A DNA stretch of 53,431 bases from a virus. Lineage: Duplodnaviria; Caudoviricetes. Below are positions 26,654-36,153 of the stretch, one piece after another; within the stretch, counting starts at the first letter, position 1; the number at the start of each line of letters is the position of its first letter. The position numbers were made by a program, and so were the translations under genes. The stretch spans positions 1-53,431 of the IMG/VR virus record IMGVR_UViG_3300014152_000002. One strand, given 5' to 3'. The notes beneath the pieces are model-generated. The model saw only the letters and a program-made list of their open reading frames with translations. It ran no database searches and had not been told where the DNA came from.

Positions 26654-27196
26654 ATGTCGAGGACCAGATCAAAAGAGCTTCGCCGTCGCCACCCCAACGG
26701 CAAGCTCGTTCAGCCGACGAAAGAACAGCGCGCCGGGTTTGAGCGCCAGATCGAGGAGGCCGAGATGCAGACCGTTCTTGCCCAAGGCCACAGACGCGGC
26801 AACCGAGACCAGCTTTGCGAATCGCCGTTGGGGCGGTTTTTTTTAGAGAATACGATGCTGCGGAAAGAGTTGCGGGAGTCCGCCGTCGAGTTTGCGTCGA
26901 TCAAGCGCCGCTGGCGCGCGGCCAAGGGGATACCGACAGATATTCGACCCGGCGAGAGTTCAGGGACGGGCGACGGCCCATCCGATGAAACCGTGCGGGC
27001 TTGGGGGAACAAGCTCGATCTGGTGGAATCCTCGATCAAGCAGCGCAGCCCGCGCGCGCTTGGGCCGTTCATGCACATGGTCATCGACGAGAAGGATATT
27101 CGGCCAGATCAGGCCATCGCGGTCGTCTTCGCCCTTCACGCGGCGGCTATCGCGCTCGGTGTTCTCGATCCGCACGACGCGCCATGGGGCTGTTGA
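26654..27196 (+). CDS. Conserved alphaproteobacterial phage protein, possible late regulator
   Basis: R.PNGKL...TVLAQ.HRRG....ESPLGR motif. A promoter-like TTGACG...GATACA follows immediately. Confidence 0.55.
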   Translation: MSRTRSKELRRRHPNGKLVQPTKEQRAGFERQIEEAEMQTVLAQGHRRGNRDQLCESPLGRFFLENTMLRKELRESAVEFASIKRRWRAAKGIPTDIRPGESSGTGDGPSDETVRAWGNKLDLVESSIKQRSPRALGPFMHMVIDEKDIRPDQAIAVVFALHAAAIALGVLDPHDAPWGC

Positions 27197-27267
27197 CGGG
27201 AAAATAATCCGGTGATACAAATTACCGTTATCCAAGCCCGATTTTGTGAAACAACCTCGCCGCCGCC

Positions 27268-28863
27268 ATGACATCATCTCTGGCCGCGCGGCCTTCTCTC
27301 GCGAAAATCCCCCCGCTTGCCGTTATCGAGGCCGAGATTGCTCGTCGCGCGCGGGAGCGTGAACGGATCGACGTCGAGAACAACGCTGCGGCGATTAGGG
27401 CGCGATGCCAGACGTTCGCCGGCTTCGTCCGCGAGGCATGGCATGTGCTTGAGCCGAACTCGACGTATATCCATTCTTGGCACATCGACGCTATTTGCTC
27501 ACATCTTGAGGCGGTTACGGACGGTCGGATTACGCGGCTTCTGATCAACGTCCCGCCAGGCTCGATGAAATCGCTACTTGTTTCTGTCCTCTGGCAGGCT
27601 TGGGAATGGGGGCCGAAGGGAATGCGCTCAATGCGCTACCTTTCGACGAGCTTCAACGATGTCCCGGTGAAGCGCGACGTTCGCAAGAGCCGCGACTTGA
27701 TGCTTTCGGAGTGGTATCGCGGGCTTTGGCCAGATGTCATCATGACCAGGACGGGCGAGACATCATTTGCCAACGCTTCGACAGGAACTCGGGAAGGCGT
27801 CGCCTTCGGGTCGCTTACCTCGCAGCGCGGCGACCGCCTACTGATTGACGATCCTCATTCGACCGAGACGGCGGAATCCGAGACCGAGCGCGCCACGACG
27901 ACGCGACGCTTCCGCGAGGGTGCCGTGAACCGCCTCAACGATCAAGCGCGGTCTGCCATCGTCGTTATCATGCAGCGCCTCCATTCCGAGGATGTTTCCG
28001 GGATCATCAAAAAATACGGGATGGAATTCGTCACGCTTTGCCTCCCGATGGAATTTGAGACGGCAAGCGCCTGCTCGACGGTAATTGGATTTTCGGACCC
28101 ACGCACGCACGAAGGTGAATTGCTCGACCCAGTGCGATTCCCGCGCGAAACGGTTGAAAAGCTCAAGCGCGACATGGGCTCTTATGCGTTCTCCGGGCAG
28201 TATCAGCAGCGCCCGGCCCCGCGCGACGGCGGATATTTCCAGAGTGAATGGCTTATCCCCGTCGATGCAATGCCGCCTCGGGACAGCCTGCGGATTTATG
28301 GGGGCTCTGACTATGCCGTCACGTCAAATGGCGGTGACTACACTGTTCATGCTGTCCTTGGCCTGGACGTTGATGGCAATCCGTGGCTTCTGGACCTTTG
28401 GCGCAAGCAGGCGGCGTCAGACGAGTGGGTCGTGGCGCTATGCGATCTGGTCAAGAAGTGGAAGCCGATGGCCTGGGCTGAAGAGTCCGGGCAGATCAAA
28501 AGCGGCGTCGGCCCGTTTCTGGAGCGAGAGATGCGTGCTCGTAAGGCCTACACCGCGCGAGAGCAATTCCCGACGAAGGGCGACAAGGCCGTCCGGGCAC
28601 AGTCGTTCCGAGGCCTGATCGCAACATGTGGGTTGAGAATACCAGCTCTGGTGCCTTGGCGGTCGGACTTCGAATCGGAGTTGATGAATTTCCCGGCCGG
28701 CGTTCATGATGACGCGGTGGACGCCTGTGGGCTAATTGGGCAGCTCCTCGACAAGATGATTTCAGGGCCGTCGCAGATCAAGCCGGAAGTCAATGCCCGC
28801 GACGACTACCGCGAAACTCGCTCGGTTGAGCGAGATGAGGCGCTTGATCCGCTCACGATATAG
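27268..28863 (+). CDS. terL: Terminase large subunit
   Basis: LLINVPPGSMKS, LLIDDPH, VVIMQRLH.ED, QYQQRP, SDYA and FPAGVHDDAVDA. Confidence 0.95.
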   Translation: MTSSLAARPSLAKIPPLAVIEAEIARRARERERIDVENNAAAIRARCQTFAGFVREAWHVLEPNSTYIHSWHIDAICSHLEAVTDGRITRLLINVPPGSMKSLLVSVLWQAWEWGPKGMRSMRYLSTSFNDVPVKRDVRKSRDLMLSEWYRGLWPDVIMTRTGETSFANASTGTREGVAFGSLTSQRGDRLLIDDPHSTETAESETERATTTRRFREGAVNRLNDQARSAIVVIMQRLHSEDVSGIIKKYGMEFVTLCLPMEFETASACSTVIGFSDPRTHEGELLDPVRFPRETVEKLKRDMGSYAFSGQYQQRPAPRDGGYFQSEWLIPVDAMPPRDSLRIYGGSDYAVTSNGGDYTVHAVLGLDVDGNPWLLDLWRKQAASDEWVVALCDLVKKWKPMAWAEESGQIKSGVGPFLEREMRARKAYTAREQFPTKGDKAVRAQSFRGLIATCGLRIPALVPWRSDFESELMNFPAGVHDDAVDACGLIGQLLDKMISGPSQIKPEVNARDDYRETRSVERDEALDPLTI

Positions 28864-28999
28864 GGCGGTGTTTGTCTGGATGACGCTTCCCCGCTTCGTA
28901 TCCAGCGAGAAATATTGCCCAAACAAGAACTCCTGACCCAATAAACATCAAAATCAGCGGAATGAACGCCGGGTCTGCCACAAGATCACTGATCGTCAT
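28853..28999 (-). CDS. Antisense single-TM small protein (48 aa)
   Basis: GGAGAAAC RBS; MTISDLVADPAFIPLILMFIGSGVLVWAIFLAGYEAGKRHPDKHRPIS. Confidence 0.6.
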   Translation of the reverse strand: MTISDLVADPAFIPLILMFIGSGVLVWAIFLAGYEAGKRHPDKHRPIS

Positions 29000-29180
29000 C
29001 ACGTTTCTCCTTCTGCCGTCTAAACCAAGTCCTTCGGCTCATGCCGAGCGCAAGCCAAGGCCGGGTCGCTTCCAATGTGGACGTGGCGTCTCCAAGTCTA
29101 GGCCGTCCACCATTACTGGCGCGCTTATGGCACAAACGTCAAGCGCACAGATGGCACTAAAGCAAGATGAGCAATTAAGC

Positions 29181-29414
29181 ATGAGCCCCACCTTCAAAGA
29201 TTGCACCAGCACAACCATCGCCTCAATCGTCCCCGGCCGCTCCGACGCGGAAGTAGCTGTTGATTTGCGAAAGCGCCTCGAAGCCGCTCTCGGCAATGTC
29301 GTCTCGATCATGGACGATGCGAACGAAAGCGGGCTTCAGGTATCGTTTCAGTTGGGGCGCGATAGTTACGGAAAGAACCGCATCAACGAACTTGGCATTG
29401 TACGCCCGCTGTGA
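29181..29414 (+). CDS. Hypothetical protein
   Basis: Coupled to the GNAT gene. Start uncertain. Confidence 0.55.
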   Translation: MSPTFKDCTSTTIASIVPGRSDAEVAVDLRKRLEAALGNVVSIMDDANESGLQVSFQLGRDSYGKNRINELGIVRPL

Positions 29415-29938
29415 TCCATGCGCGGGGCGTCATCCTTCGGCTCCCGACGCTTGGCGACTATCCGGCATGGCGGGCGCTGCGAGAGGCGTCCGCCGACTAT
29501 CTCGCCCGAGTGGAACCGGACTGGCAGCCGCCCGTGGACGAAGAGAGTTTCGCGCGTCAGGTCGCCGAGGCCGAAGCCGTCGCGCGGGAAAGCCGGGGCT
29601 ATTCGTTCCTGATATGCCGGCCGAACGGCGATCTTGTCGGCGGCGTTACGCTCGGACCGTTCGTCGATAGAGTCGGGTTGCTCGGAACATGGATCGGGAC
29701 TCCGTTCGTTGGGCGAGGTTACGCGGTGCGCGCGGTCGGCGTGGTTCTCGACATTGCGTTCGAAACGCTTGGGCTCAACAGCGTCGCGGCTTCTGTCCTT
29801 CCCGACAATGACCATTCGATAAGGGTGCTTGAGAACTTCGGATTCGAGCATGACCCGGATCGCAATATCGTGCTTCGCGTCGCGGACGCGCCGAAATTGC
29901 ATTGTGTCTACGTCCTGAAAAAGGAAGATCGACGATGA
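29411..29938 (+). CDS. GNAT N-acetyltransferase, RimJ-like
   Basis: LRLPTLGDYPAWRALREASADYLARVEPDW, LVGGVTL, GTWIG...GRGY and PDNDHSIRVLENFGF. Confidence 0.88.
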   Translation: MIHARGVILRLPTLGDYPAWRALREASADYLARVEPDWQPPVDEESFARQVAEAEAVARESRGYSFLICRPNGDLVGGVTLGPFVDRVGLLGTWIGTPFVGRGYAVRAVGVVLDIAFETLGLNSVAASVLPDNDHSIRVLENFGFEHDPDRNIVLRVADAPKLHCVYVLKKEDRR

Positions 29939-30681
29939 GAAAATTCGCATTGGCCGTCGCCGCGGCGATGTTCGCAACCGGCTCTCTGGCGCAGACGGTC
30001 GTCCTAGACCAGACGCCGGCCCCATCCCCGACGCAAAACACAATCTCCGAGCTGATGACGGAGAGTATCGCCGTTTCGGGCGGGACGCTGTATGTCAGCA
30101 CGCTCGCGCAGTCGCGCCAGAACGGCGGCAACGGCCAGCCGCAAGCGGTGTCGTCGGTGTTTGTTCCGACAGGCGCGGGCGGCGGCTTGGTTCGCTATCT
30201 CGCCTTGACGAACGCGAAGTCTGACCTCGGCGTCCCGATGACGGCCGCCGCCGGCACGCCAGCGGGCACGGTCGGCATATCGCGCTCGGTTGGCGCGAGC
30301 ATGGTTCTGGTCGGCGAGGCTACGTCGGGCGCCGCGAACAAGACCGACAAGGCGATGTTTGAGTTGGACCTGGCGGATACCTATGTCGCCGGCGCGTCCA
30401 TCGCGGTCACCGTCAACTGCAATTACTCTGGCACGGTCGTCACCGCGGCGAACACGACGATGACGGTTGCGGCTTACACCGAGGTCAACGGCGTCGAGAC
30501 GGCGATCTCCGGCATTACGGCGGCGCAGCAAATCCCGGCCACAGCGGGAAACCTGACGTTTACGATCCCCGGCACGGGCTTGGTTCCCGGCTCGCATGTC
30601 GCGGTTGAACTGGTGATGCTCGTTACGTCGGCGTCCGGCGCCGTGATTGGTTCCATCAATTCCGTCGCGATGACGATGTAA
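29935..30681 (+). CDS. Signal-peptide-bearing beta-rich protein (possible virion component)
   Basis: MRKFALAVAAAMFATGSLA|Q; Thr/Ala/Gly-rich body with a jelly-roll-like pattern. Confidence 0.7.
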   Translation: MRKFALAVAAAMFATGSLAQTVVLDQTPAPSPTQNTISELMTESIAVSGGTLYVSTLAQSRQNGGNGQPQAVSSVFVPTGAGGGLVRYLALTNAKSDLGVPMTAAAGTPAGTVGISRSVGASMVLVGEATSGAANKTDKAMFELDLADTYVAGASIAVTVNCNYSGTVVTAANTTMTVAAYTEVNGVETAISGITAAQQIPATAGNLTFTIPGTGLVPGSHVAVELVMLVTSASGAVIGSINSVAMTM

Positions 30682-30746
30682 TGGCTGAATCGACCGTTCA
30701 GTCCAACAATGCGAAAATAGAGTTTCGCGGCAAAGCGGAGCATGAA

Positions 30747-30950
30747 ATGCCAGTTGTGAGCAAGGCCCAAAACGCCGCGATGCATAGCGCCGCCGAGGGC
30801 AAATCAACGCTCGGGATACCGGCCAAGGTCGGGAAAGAGTTCGTCGCGGCGTCGCGCGGCAAGAGCGTCAAGAAGCTGCCGAAGCATGTCCGCAAGGCCG
30901 CGAAGCGCGGGCTGATCTCTCCCAAGCAGATGGCGAAAATGCATGACTGA
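30747..30950 (+). CDS. Small basic protein
   Basis: MPVVSKAQNAAMHSAAEGKSTLGIPAKVGKEFV...LPKHV, a recurring phage late-region peptide. GGAG RBS. Confidence 0.75.
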   Translation: MPVVSKAQNAAMHSAAEGKSTLGIPAKVGKEFVAASRGKSVKKLPKHVRKAAKRGLISPKQMAKMHD

Positions 30951-31356
30951 GTTCGGCCGCAGAATTTACACGCAAAATGTCGTGTTGCGCGGCTCTCTCT
31001 CGGAAGTGCAATGGCGCTATTTCCTTGTGCGCGCGGTCCAGGCGCTTGGGATGACGCCGGCCGGCGCTCCGGCGGTTTGGAGATATCCAACGGAAGACGG
31101 CAAGGGCGGAAACGGCATGACGGCGTGCCAGCCCCTTACCGAAAGTTTTATAGTCCTCGACACTTGGGATCAACACGACGGGGCTTATTTACACATTTCG
31201 TCCTGCCAGAAATTCGACATTACGGGGCTAATTGCGCCGGCTAGAGAATTTTCGCTCGGCGTCGATTTCATGGGTCGTTGCGAGACGCTTTCTCTCGACG
31301 CACCGATGCACGAGGGCGCTCCCAGCGATCCACGCTTTGACCCGGTAGAGGGGTGA
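30943..31356 (+). CDS. Pyruvoyl-dependent S-adenosylmethionine decarboxylase-like proenzyme
   Basis: G.T...PLTE|SFIVLDTW...GAYLHISSC.KFD aligns with the AdoMetDC pattern L.ESH...HTWPE......D...C. Confidence 0.75.
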   Translation: MTEFGRRIYTQNVVLRGSLSEVQWRYFLVRAVQALGMTPAGAPAVWRYPTEDGKGGNGMTACQPLTESFIVLDTWDQHDGAYLHISSCQKFDITGLIAPAREFSLGVDFMGRCETLSLDAPMHEGAPSDPRFDPVEG

Positions 31357-32732
31357 GCATGGAGAATCTGCGGAAGAAGACGGCCATTGTCTGGGAGCCC
31401 GGTGGCATATTCGTCGAGATCGCCAAGCGGCTTGCAAAGGACTTTGGGCGGGTTCTCTACTGTAACGATTGGGTCGGATCGTATCCGACTTCACGGGGCC
31501 TTGTTGTCGGCGCTGGCGACCCTGACTTTGAGCGCGTGGTCAACCCATGGGAGCATGCCGACGACATTGATCTTTGGGTCTTCCCAGACGTTTATAACGC
31601 TGGGTTGCACACTTACCTCCGATCACAAGGCAAGCGCGTTTGGGGATGTGGCTATCCTGGGTCGATGCTGGAGCTAGATCGCGTCTTCACAAAGAAGATG
31701 ATGGCAAAGGCGGGGCTCCCTGTCGGCGACTACAAAGAAATCAAGGGGATTGCCGCCCTCCGCAAGCACCTCAAGGCCAACGAAAAGCAGTTCGTCAAAT
31801 TGGGCGGACACCACGGCGAGCGCGGCGACATCGAGACGTTGAACGCGCTCAACTATGATCACGCCGAGCCAGTGTTGGACGAGGTGGAACATCGTCTCGG
31901 CGCGCGAGCGCACGTCATGGATTTTGTCGTCGAGGCGGCTATCGATCCTGCCATTGAGACCGGGTGGGATGGCGTGGCAGTTGACGGGAAATTCTGGTCG
32001 AAGACTATGTGCGGGATCGAGAAGAAAGATCAAGCTTACGTTTGCCGGGTCATTGATCGCGCCAAAGTCCCCGATCAGGTCTGGGACGTTAACCGCGCCG
32101 TATCCGCCTACATGCGCGAGAATGAATATCGGGGCTCTTGGAGCACGGAAGTCCGCGTGACGCCTGACGGCAATGGATATCTGATTGACGGCACAGCGAG
32201 ATGCGGGAGCCCGCCGAGCGAGTTGATGCAGATCATGTGCAACAACCTCTCCGAGGTCATGTGGTATGGCGCCGAGGGGATACTGATCGAGCCAGAATTT
32301 GACGGGAATGTGTGGGGCGCGGAAGTTCTCCTTCACTCGACATGGGCCGACCAGAATTACGCGCACATTCGCTTCCCGGACGAATACCGGGACAACATAA
32401 AACTGCGCCACTACACCGTTATCGACGGCGACATTTACGTTAGCCCGCAAGCGACAGGAATGCCGGAAATCGGTGCGGTCGTCGCAACTGGCAAGACGGC
32501 AAAAGAGGCAATAGATAAAGCCAAGAAAATCGCAGAGACCGTGGAAAGCCATCAGCTTGAAATCCCCGTTGAAGCGATGGACGATGCGCTTGAGGATTTG
32601 AAGAAAATACTGTCTCAGCCCGCGAGCGCTCCTATGTCGAAGGAACAGAGCGCGGCGGAAGAGGCCAAGAAGGCCGGCAAGATTTCACAGCGCCAGTATG
32701 ACAAGCTGGTCGAACGCAACGGATGGGCCTGA
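31353..32732 (+). CDS. ATP-grasp ligase, PurD (GAR synthetase)-like
   Basis: VWG....MLELDR.FTK..M.KAGLP...Y, FVK, FVVE..I, YRG....E and YLID.TAR.G.PP. Confidence 0.75.
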   Translation: MSMENLRKKTAIVWEPGGIFVEIAKRLAKDFGRVLYCNDWVGSYPTSRGLVVGAGDPDFERVVNPWEHADDIDLWVFPDVYNAGLHTYLRSQGKRVWGCGYPGSMLELDRVFTKKMMAKAGLPVGDYKEIKGIAALRKHLKANEKQFVKLGGHHGERGDIETLNALNYDHAEPVLDEVEHRLGARAHVMDFVVEAAIDPAIETGWDGVAVDGKFWSKTMCGIEKKDQAYVCRVIDRAKVPDQVWDVNRAVSAYMRENEYRGSWSTEVRVTPDGNGYLIDGTARCGSPPSELMQIMCNNLSEVMWYGAEGILIEPEFDGNVWGAEVLLHSTWADQNYAHIRFPDEYRDNIKLRHYTVIDGDIYVSPQATGMPEIGAVVATGKTAKEAIDKAKKIAETVESHQLEIPVEAMDDALEDLKKILSQPASAPMSKEQSAAEEAKKAGKISQRQYDKLVERNGWA

Positions 32733-32734
32733 AC

Positions 32735-33043
32735 ATGCCAAAAGGTGAGAGCGCGTCCAACAAGAGCGGGCTTAGCACGAACGCTCCCGAAGCAATGCAC
32801 GAATACAAGGAGCCACACGAACGCAAGGACGGTCCTTGGGAAGATTATGAATTGGAGCATGCCGGCCGCACTATCGATCACGCCGAGAAGATCAAGGCGA
32901 ATCCTAAATTAGTCGAGGCCGTCGCCAAGCATCACGAGAAAAAGGCCAAGATGCACCATAAGCTGGCAAGCGGCCTAAAGCATCACATGGCGCGCGGGCT
33001 GGTTTCAGAGAAGGCCCTCGCAAAGGCGTCGAAGCGTGGCTGA
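32735..33043 (+). CDS. His/Lys-rich small protein
   Basis: Coupled ORF directly before the portal gene. Confidence 0.7.
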   Translation: MPKGESASNKSGLSTNAPEAMHEYKEPHERKDGPWEDYELEHAGRTIDHAEKIKANPKLVEAVAKHHEKKAKMHHKLASGLKHHMARGLVSEKALAKASKRG

Positions 33044-34970
33044 GGTCTGGGACCAGGCTGCATCCGGCGACTCCGCGCGATGGGCGCCGCAGGTTGCCAC
33101 CCGCGAGAATAATGACAAATCTCCAGAGAATAGACCGCAGGATATTGACGAAGAAAAGCAACAGTTTCTTGATGTTCGTAAGTTAAGAACAATGTTCTTG
33201 GACTATTTGACCAGTAAGGTTGACGAGATCGAAGAACAAAAAGATGCTCGAAGGTATTACCATGGAGCTCATTGGACGCCTGAGCAAATAAATACTATGC
33301 GCCGCCGCCGCCAGCCGCCGCTCACTTGGAACCGCGTATCGCGCAAGATCAACCAGATTGTCGGCATTGTTGAGCGCGGGCGCTCCGACCCGAGGGCGCT
33401 CCCCCGCCACGTCCGCAGCGAGCAGGGCGCGGACCTCGCGACGCAGGTCATTCGCTACGTGCTGGAGGCCAATGACTTCAAGGGTATTGATCCTTGGTGC
33501 TTGCTTCAGTCAGGGATTGATGGCGTCGCCGGGGTGCAGCGCGTCCTGACTAAGGACGACAAAGGGAAGGTCGATATTGCCATTGCGTGGGTAGTTGGAG
33601 ACGAATATTTCTATGACCCGAAGTCCTATCGCGCCGACTTTTCCGATGCTCGTTATGAGGGCATAAGCAAGTGGTTCGATATCGATGAGGCGATTGAGCT
33701 TTTCCCTGACAAGGAAGACGAACTTCGCGGGCTCATTGAAGGCGACAGCGATCTCACGACGAACGCCGACCGCGAGTATAAGTGGGTCATCACTTCGTCG
33801 CAGCGCGTTCGCATCATTGAGCATTGGTATAAGAACCGAGGCAAATGGTGCTGGGCATTCTATGTCTCGACCGTCATCCTCGACCAAGGCGTTTCTCCAT
33901 TCTTTGACGAGCGCGGCAAGAGCGATCGATCATTCAATATGTTCTCGGTCGCGGTGGACCATGACGGCGACCGCTACGGCTTCGTCCGCAATCTGAAGGG
34001 GCCGCAGGACTCGCTCAACCAGAGCAAGTCGAAGCAATTGCATATCGCCAACTCGCGCCGGATCGTCGCGGACAAAGGCGCGGTTGATGATGTGGAGAAA
34101 GCCCGCATCGAAATGGCGCGGCCTGACGGCTATATCGAGGTCAATCCTGGCCGCACGCTAAAGCCTGACGACAAGCCGCAGGACGTGGCGGTCTTCGGCG
34201 AAATGGCTTCCGGTGCGGCGAACGAAATCGACCAGTTCGCCAGCATCAACATGGCCGTCCTATCCGGCGCGTCCATCGCGAACATATCGGGCCGGGCGAT
34301 CAAGTTGCTCCAACAGCCTGGAATGGCCGAGTTGGGGCCGTTCATTCTGAATTATCGCCAGTGGAAGCTGAAACTCTATCGGGCGATTTGGAACGCGGCG
34401 CAGCGTCATTGGACTTCGGAAAAGTGGATTCGCATATCTGACGACGAAAATCAAAAAAAGGCGTTCGTTCAGATCAACACCATGTCTCTCGACGAGTTTG
34501 GTCGACCTGTGATCGTCAACGCGCTCGGTGCGCTGGACGTGGACATTGTGCTTGAGGAAGGGCCGGACACGGGGTCTTTGACCGAAGACCTATTCGATAT
34601 GCTCAAGGGATTGCCGCCTGGCGCGGTCCCGCCCGCCGTGCTCATTGAGCTGTGGCCTGGGCCCCGCGCCGAGAAGCAGCGCCTCATGAAGATGATGTCT
34701 CCGCAGCCGACACCGCAGCAAATGGCGATGAAGCAGGCCGCTGATAAGTTGCAGATGGAGCACGCCGCGATCACAAACGCGAAAACTGCCGCTGACGCTC
34801 GCAAGTCGGATGCGCTGGCGTCGAAAGCCATCGCGGAAAGCCAACAGGCCGGTGCGCAGACGCAACTCGACGCCACAGAGTTGCAGCACAAGATTTGGAC
34901 CGAGGCGCTGGCATTGTTCCAGCCTCCGCAACAGACAGCCGCGCCAGGCCAAGCGCCCGCGCAGCAATAG
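33036..34970 (+). CDS. Portal protein (P22-like)
   Basis: YYHGAHWT.EQ...MRRR.QPPLTWNR, FYDP.S...DFSDARY, YGFVRNL..PQD..N, SGRAI..LQQ and a Gln-rich C-terminal barrel. Confidence 0.9.
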   Translation: MAEVWDQAASGDSARWAPQVATRENNDKSPENRPQDIDEEKQQFLDVRKLRTMFLDYLTSKVDEIEEQKDARRYYHGAHWTPEQINTMRRRRQPPLTWNRVSRKINQIVGIVERGRSDPRALPRHVRSEQGADLATQVIRYVLEANDFKGIDPWCLLQSGIDGVAGVQRVLTKDDKGKVDIAIAWVVGDEYFYDPKSYRADFSDARYEGISKWFDIDEAIELFPDKEDELRGLIEGDSDLTTNADREYKWVITSSQRVRIIEHWYKNRGKWCWAFYVSTVILDQGVSPFFDERGKSDRSFNMFSVAVDHDGDRYGFVRNLKGPQDSLNQSKSKQLHIANSRRIVADKGAVDDVEKARIEMARPDGYIEVNPGRTLKPDDKPQDVAVFGEMASGAANEIDQFASINMAVLSGASIANISGRAIKLLQQPGMAELGPFILNYRQWKLKLYRAIWNAAQRHWTSEKWIRISDDENQKKAFVQINTMSLDEFGRPVIVNALGALDVDIVLEEGPDTGSLTEDLFDMLKGLPPGAVPPAVLIELWPGPRAEKQRLMKMMSPQPTPQQMAMKQAADKLQMEHAAITNAKTAADARKSDALASKAIAESQQAGAQTQLDATELQHKIWTEALALFQPPQQTAAPGQAPAQQ

Positions 34971-34973
34971 GAA

Positions 34974-35103
34974 TCGTCCGCGCCAACGACATGGCGTGCA
35001 AGTTCGGGACTTGAAGTCATCCCGCCGCAAGCGATCCGCGATATGGCGCAACGTCTCCCCGGAGCAGACGCAAAAGCCCCGCCGCTTCACAGCGATACCG
35101 TGA
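34974..35103 (+). promoter_or_regulatory. Array of small H-type pseudoknots in the scaffold leader
   Basis: Four to five consecutive units with crossed stems (see findings). Confidence 0.5.
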
Positions 35104-35112
35104 GAAACCACC

Positions 35113-36153
35113 ATGGCGAAAGACGACGATATTCTGCGCGATGCGATCATCGGCACGGAGAAAGAGGTATTCGGCGACGCCTTCGACAAGGAGGAATTGA
35201 CGCTCGACGAAACCGGCGACCGATCGATTGAAGCGATGGGCGAAGGTCTCGAAGGGCAGAGAGAACCCGAAGATGAAGGCGACGAAGAGGAAGATGTCGA
35301 GACGACAGAAGCCTCTGAGGACAAGCCGGAGGGAGAAGAGGCAGCTACCACCGAGACCACCGCGGAGGTTGCTGCGGAAGCCGCTCACGAAGCGCAGGGG
35401 CGTGTTCCGTCCGGGCGCCTACGTGAAGAGGCAGAGAAGACGCGCGCGGCCCAGGCCGAACGTGATGCGCTCAAGGCGCAACTCGAAGCGGAGAAGACGG
35501 CAAGCCAAAGAGCAATCGCCGAACTCAATGCGAAATTCGAGGGCTTCATTGCTTCCCAACGCCAGCCGGCGCAACCCGTTCAGCCGAAGCCTGAAGAGGC
35601 CACGCCCGACCTTTTCGAAGACCCGACCGCTTTCGTCAACCATCTGCAAAAAGGCTTCGACGCCAAACTCGCCGCCGTCAATCAGCAGATCAAGGAACAG
35701 CGCATCAACATCAGCATGGAGTTGTCTCGCACACGACATGGCGAGGCGTTCGATGCTGCGTTCGGCGCGCTCAAGTCTCTTGACGCCAACAACCCAGACA
35801 ACCGCCAGCTTGTGCAACGCCTCATAGACGCGCCGAACCCCGGCGAGGCCGTCGTGACGTGGCACAGGCGCAACGAGGCCCTTCGCGAGGTCGGCGACGA
35901 TCCCACGGCCTACAAGGCCAAGATCGCCGAAGACACCCGCAAGGCGCTGATGGCCGACCCGGAATTTCGCAAGCAGCTCGTCGCCGAACTCCGCGGCGAA
36001 GCGATGACCGGCGACAACGGCAGGCCCCGCACAACCGTCAAACTCCCGGCGTCCCTGAACCGGGCGGGCGGGAACAACACGCGCGCTCCGAATGATCTCG
36101 AAATTTATGACGGATCGGAAAGCGCGACATTCAGTTCGGCTTGGACAACCTAA
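35113..36153 (+). CDS. Capsid scaffolding protein
   Basis: Acidic N-terminus, VP..RLREE, coiled coil, PDLFEDP and LP.SL. Lies between portal and capsid genes. Confidence 0.82.
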   Translation: MAKDDDILRDAIIGTEKEVFGDAFDKEELTLDETGDRSIEAMGEGLEGQREPEDEGDEEEDVETTEASEDKPEGEEAATTETTAEVAAEAAHEAQGRVPSGRLREEAEKTRAAQAERDALKAQLEAEKTASQRAIAELNAKFEGFIASQRQPAQPVQPKPEEATPDLFEDPTAFVNHLQKGFDAKLAAVNQQIKEQRINISMELSRTRHGEAFDAAFGALKSLDANNPDNRQLVQRLIDAPNPGEAVVTWHRRNEALREVGDDPTAYKAKIAEDTRKALMADPEFRKQLVAELRGEAMTGDNGRPRTTVKLPASLNRAGGNNTRAPNDLEIYDGSESATFSSAWTT

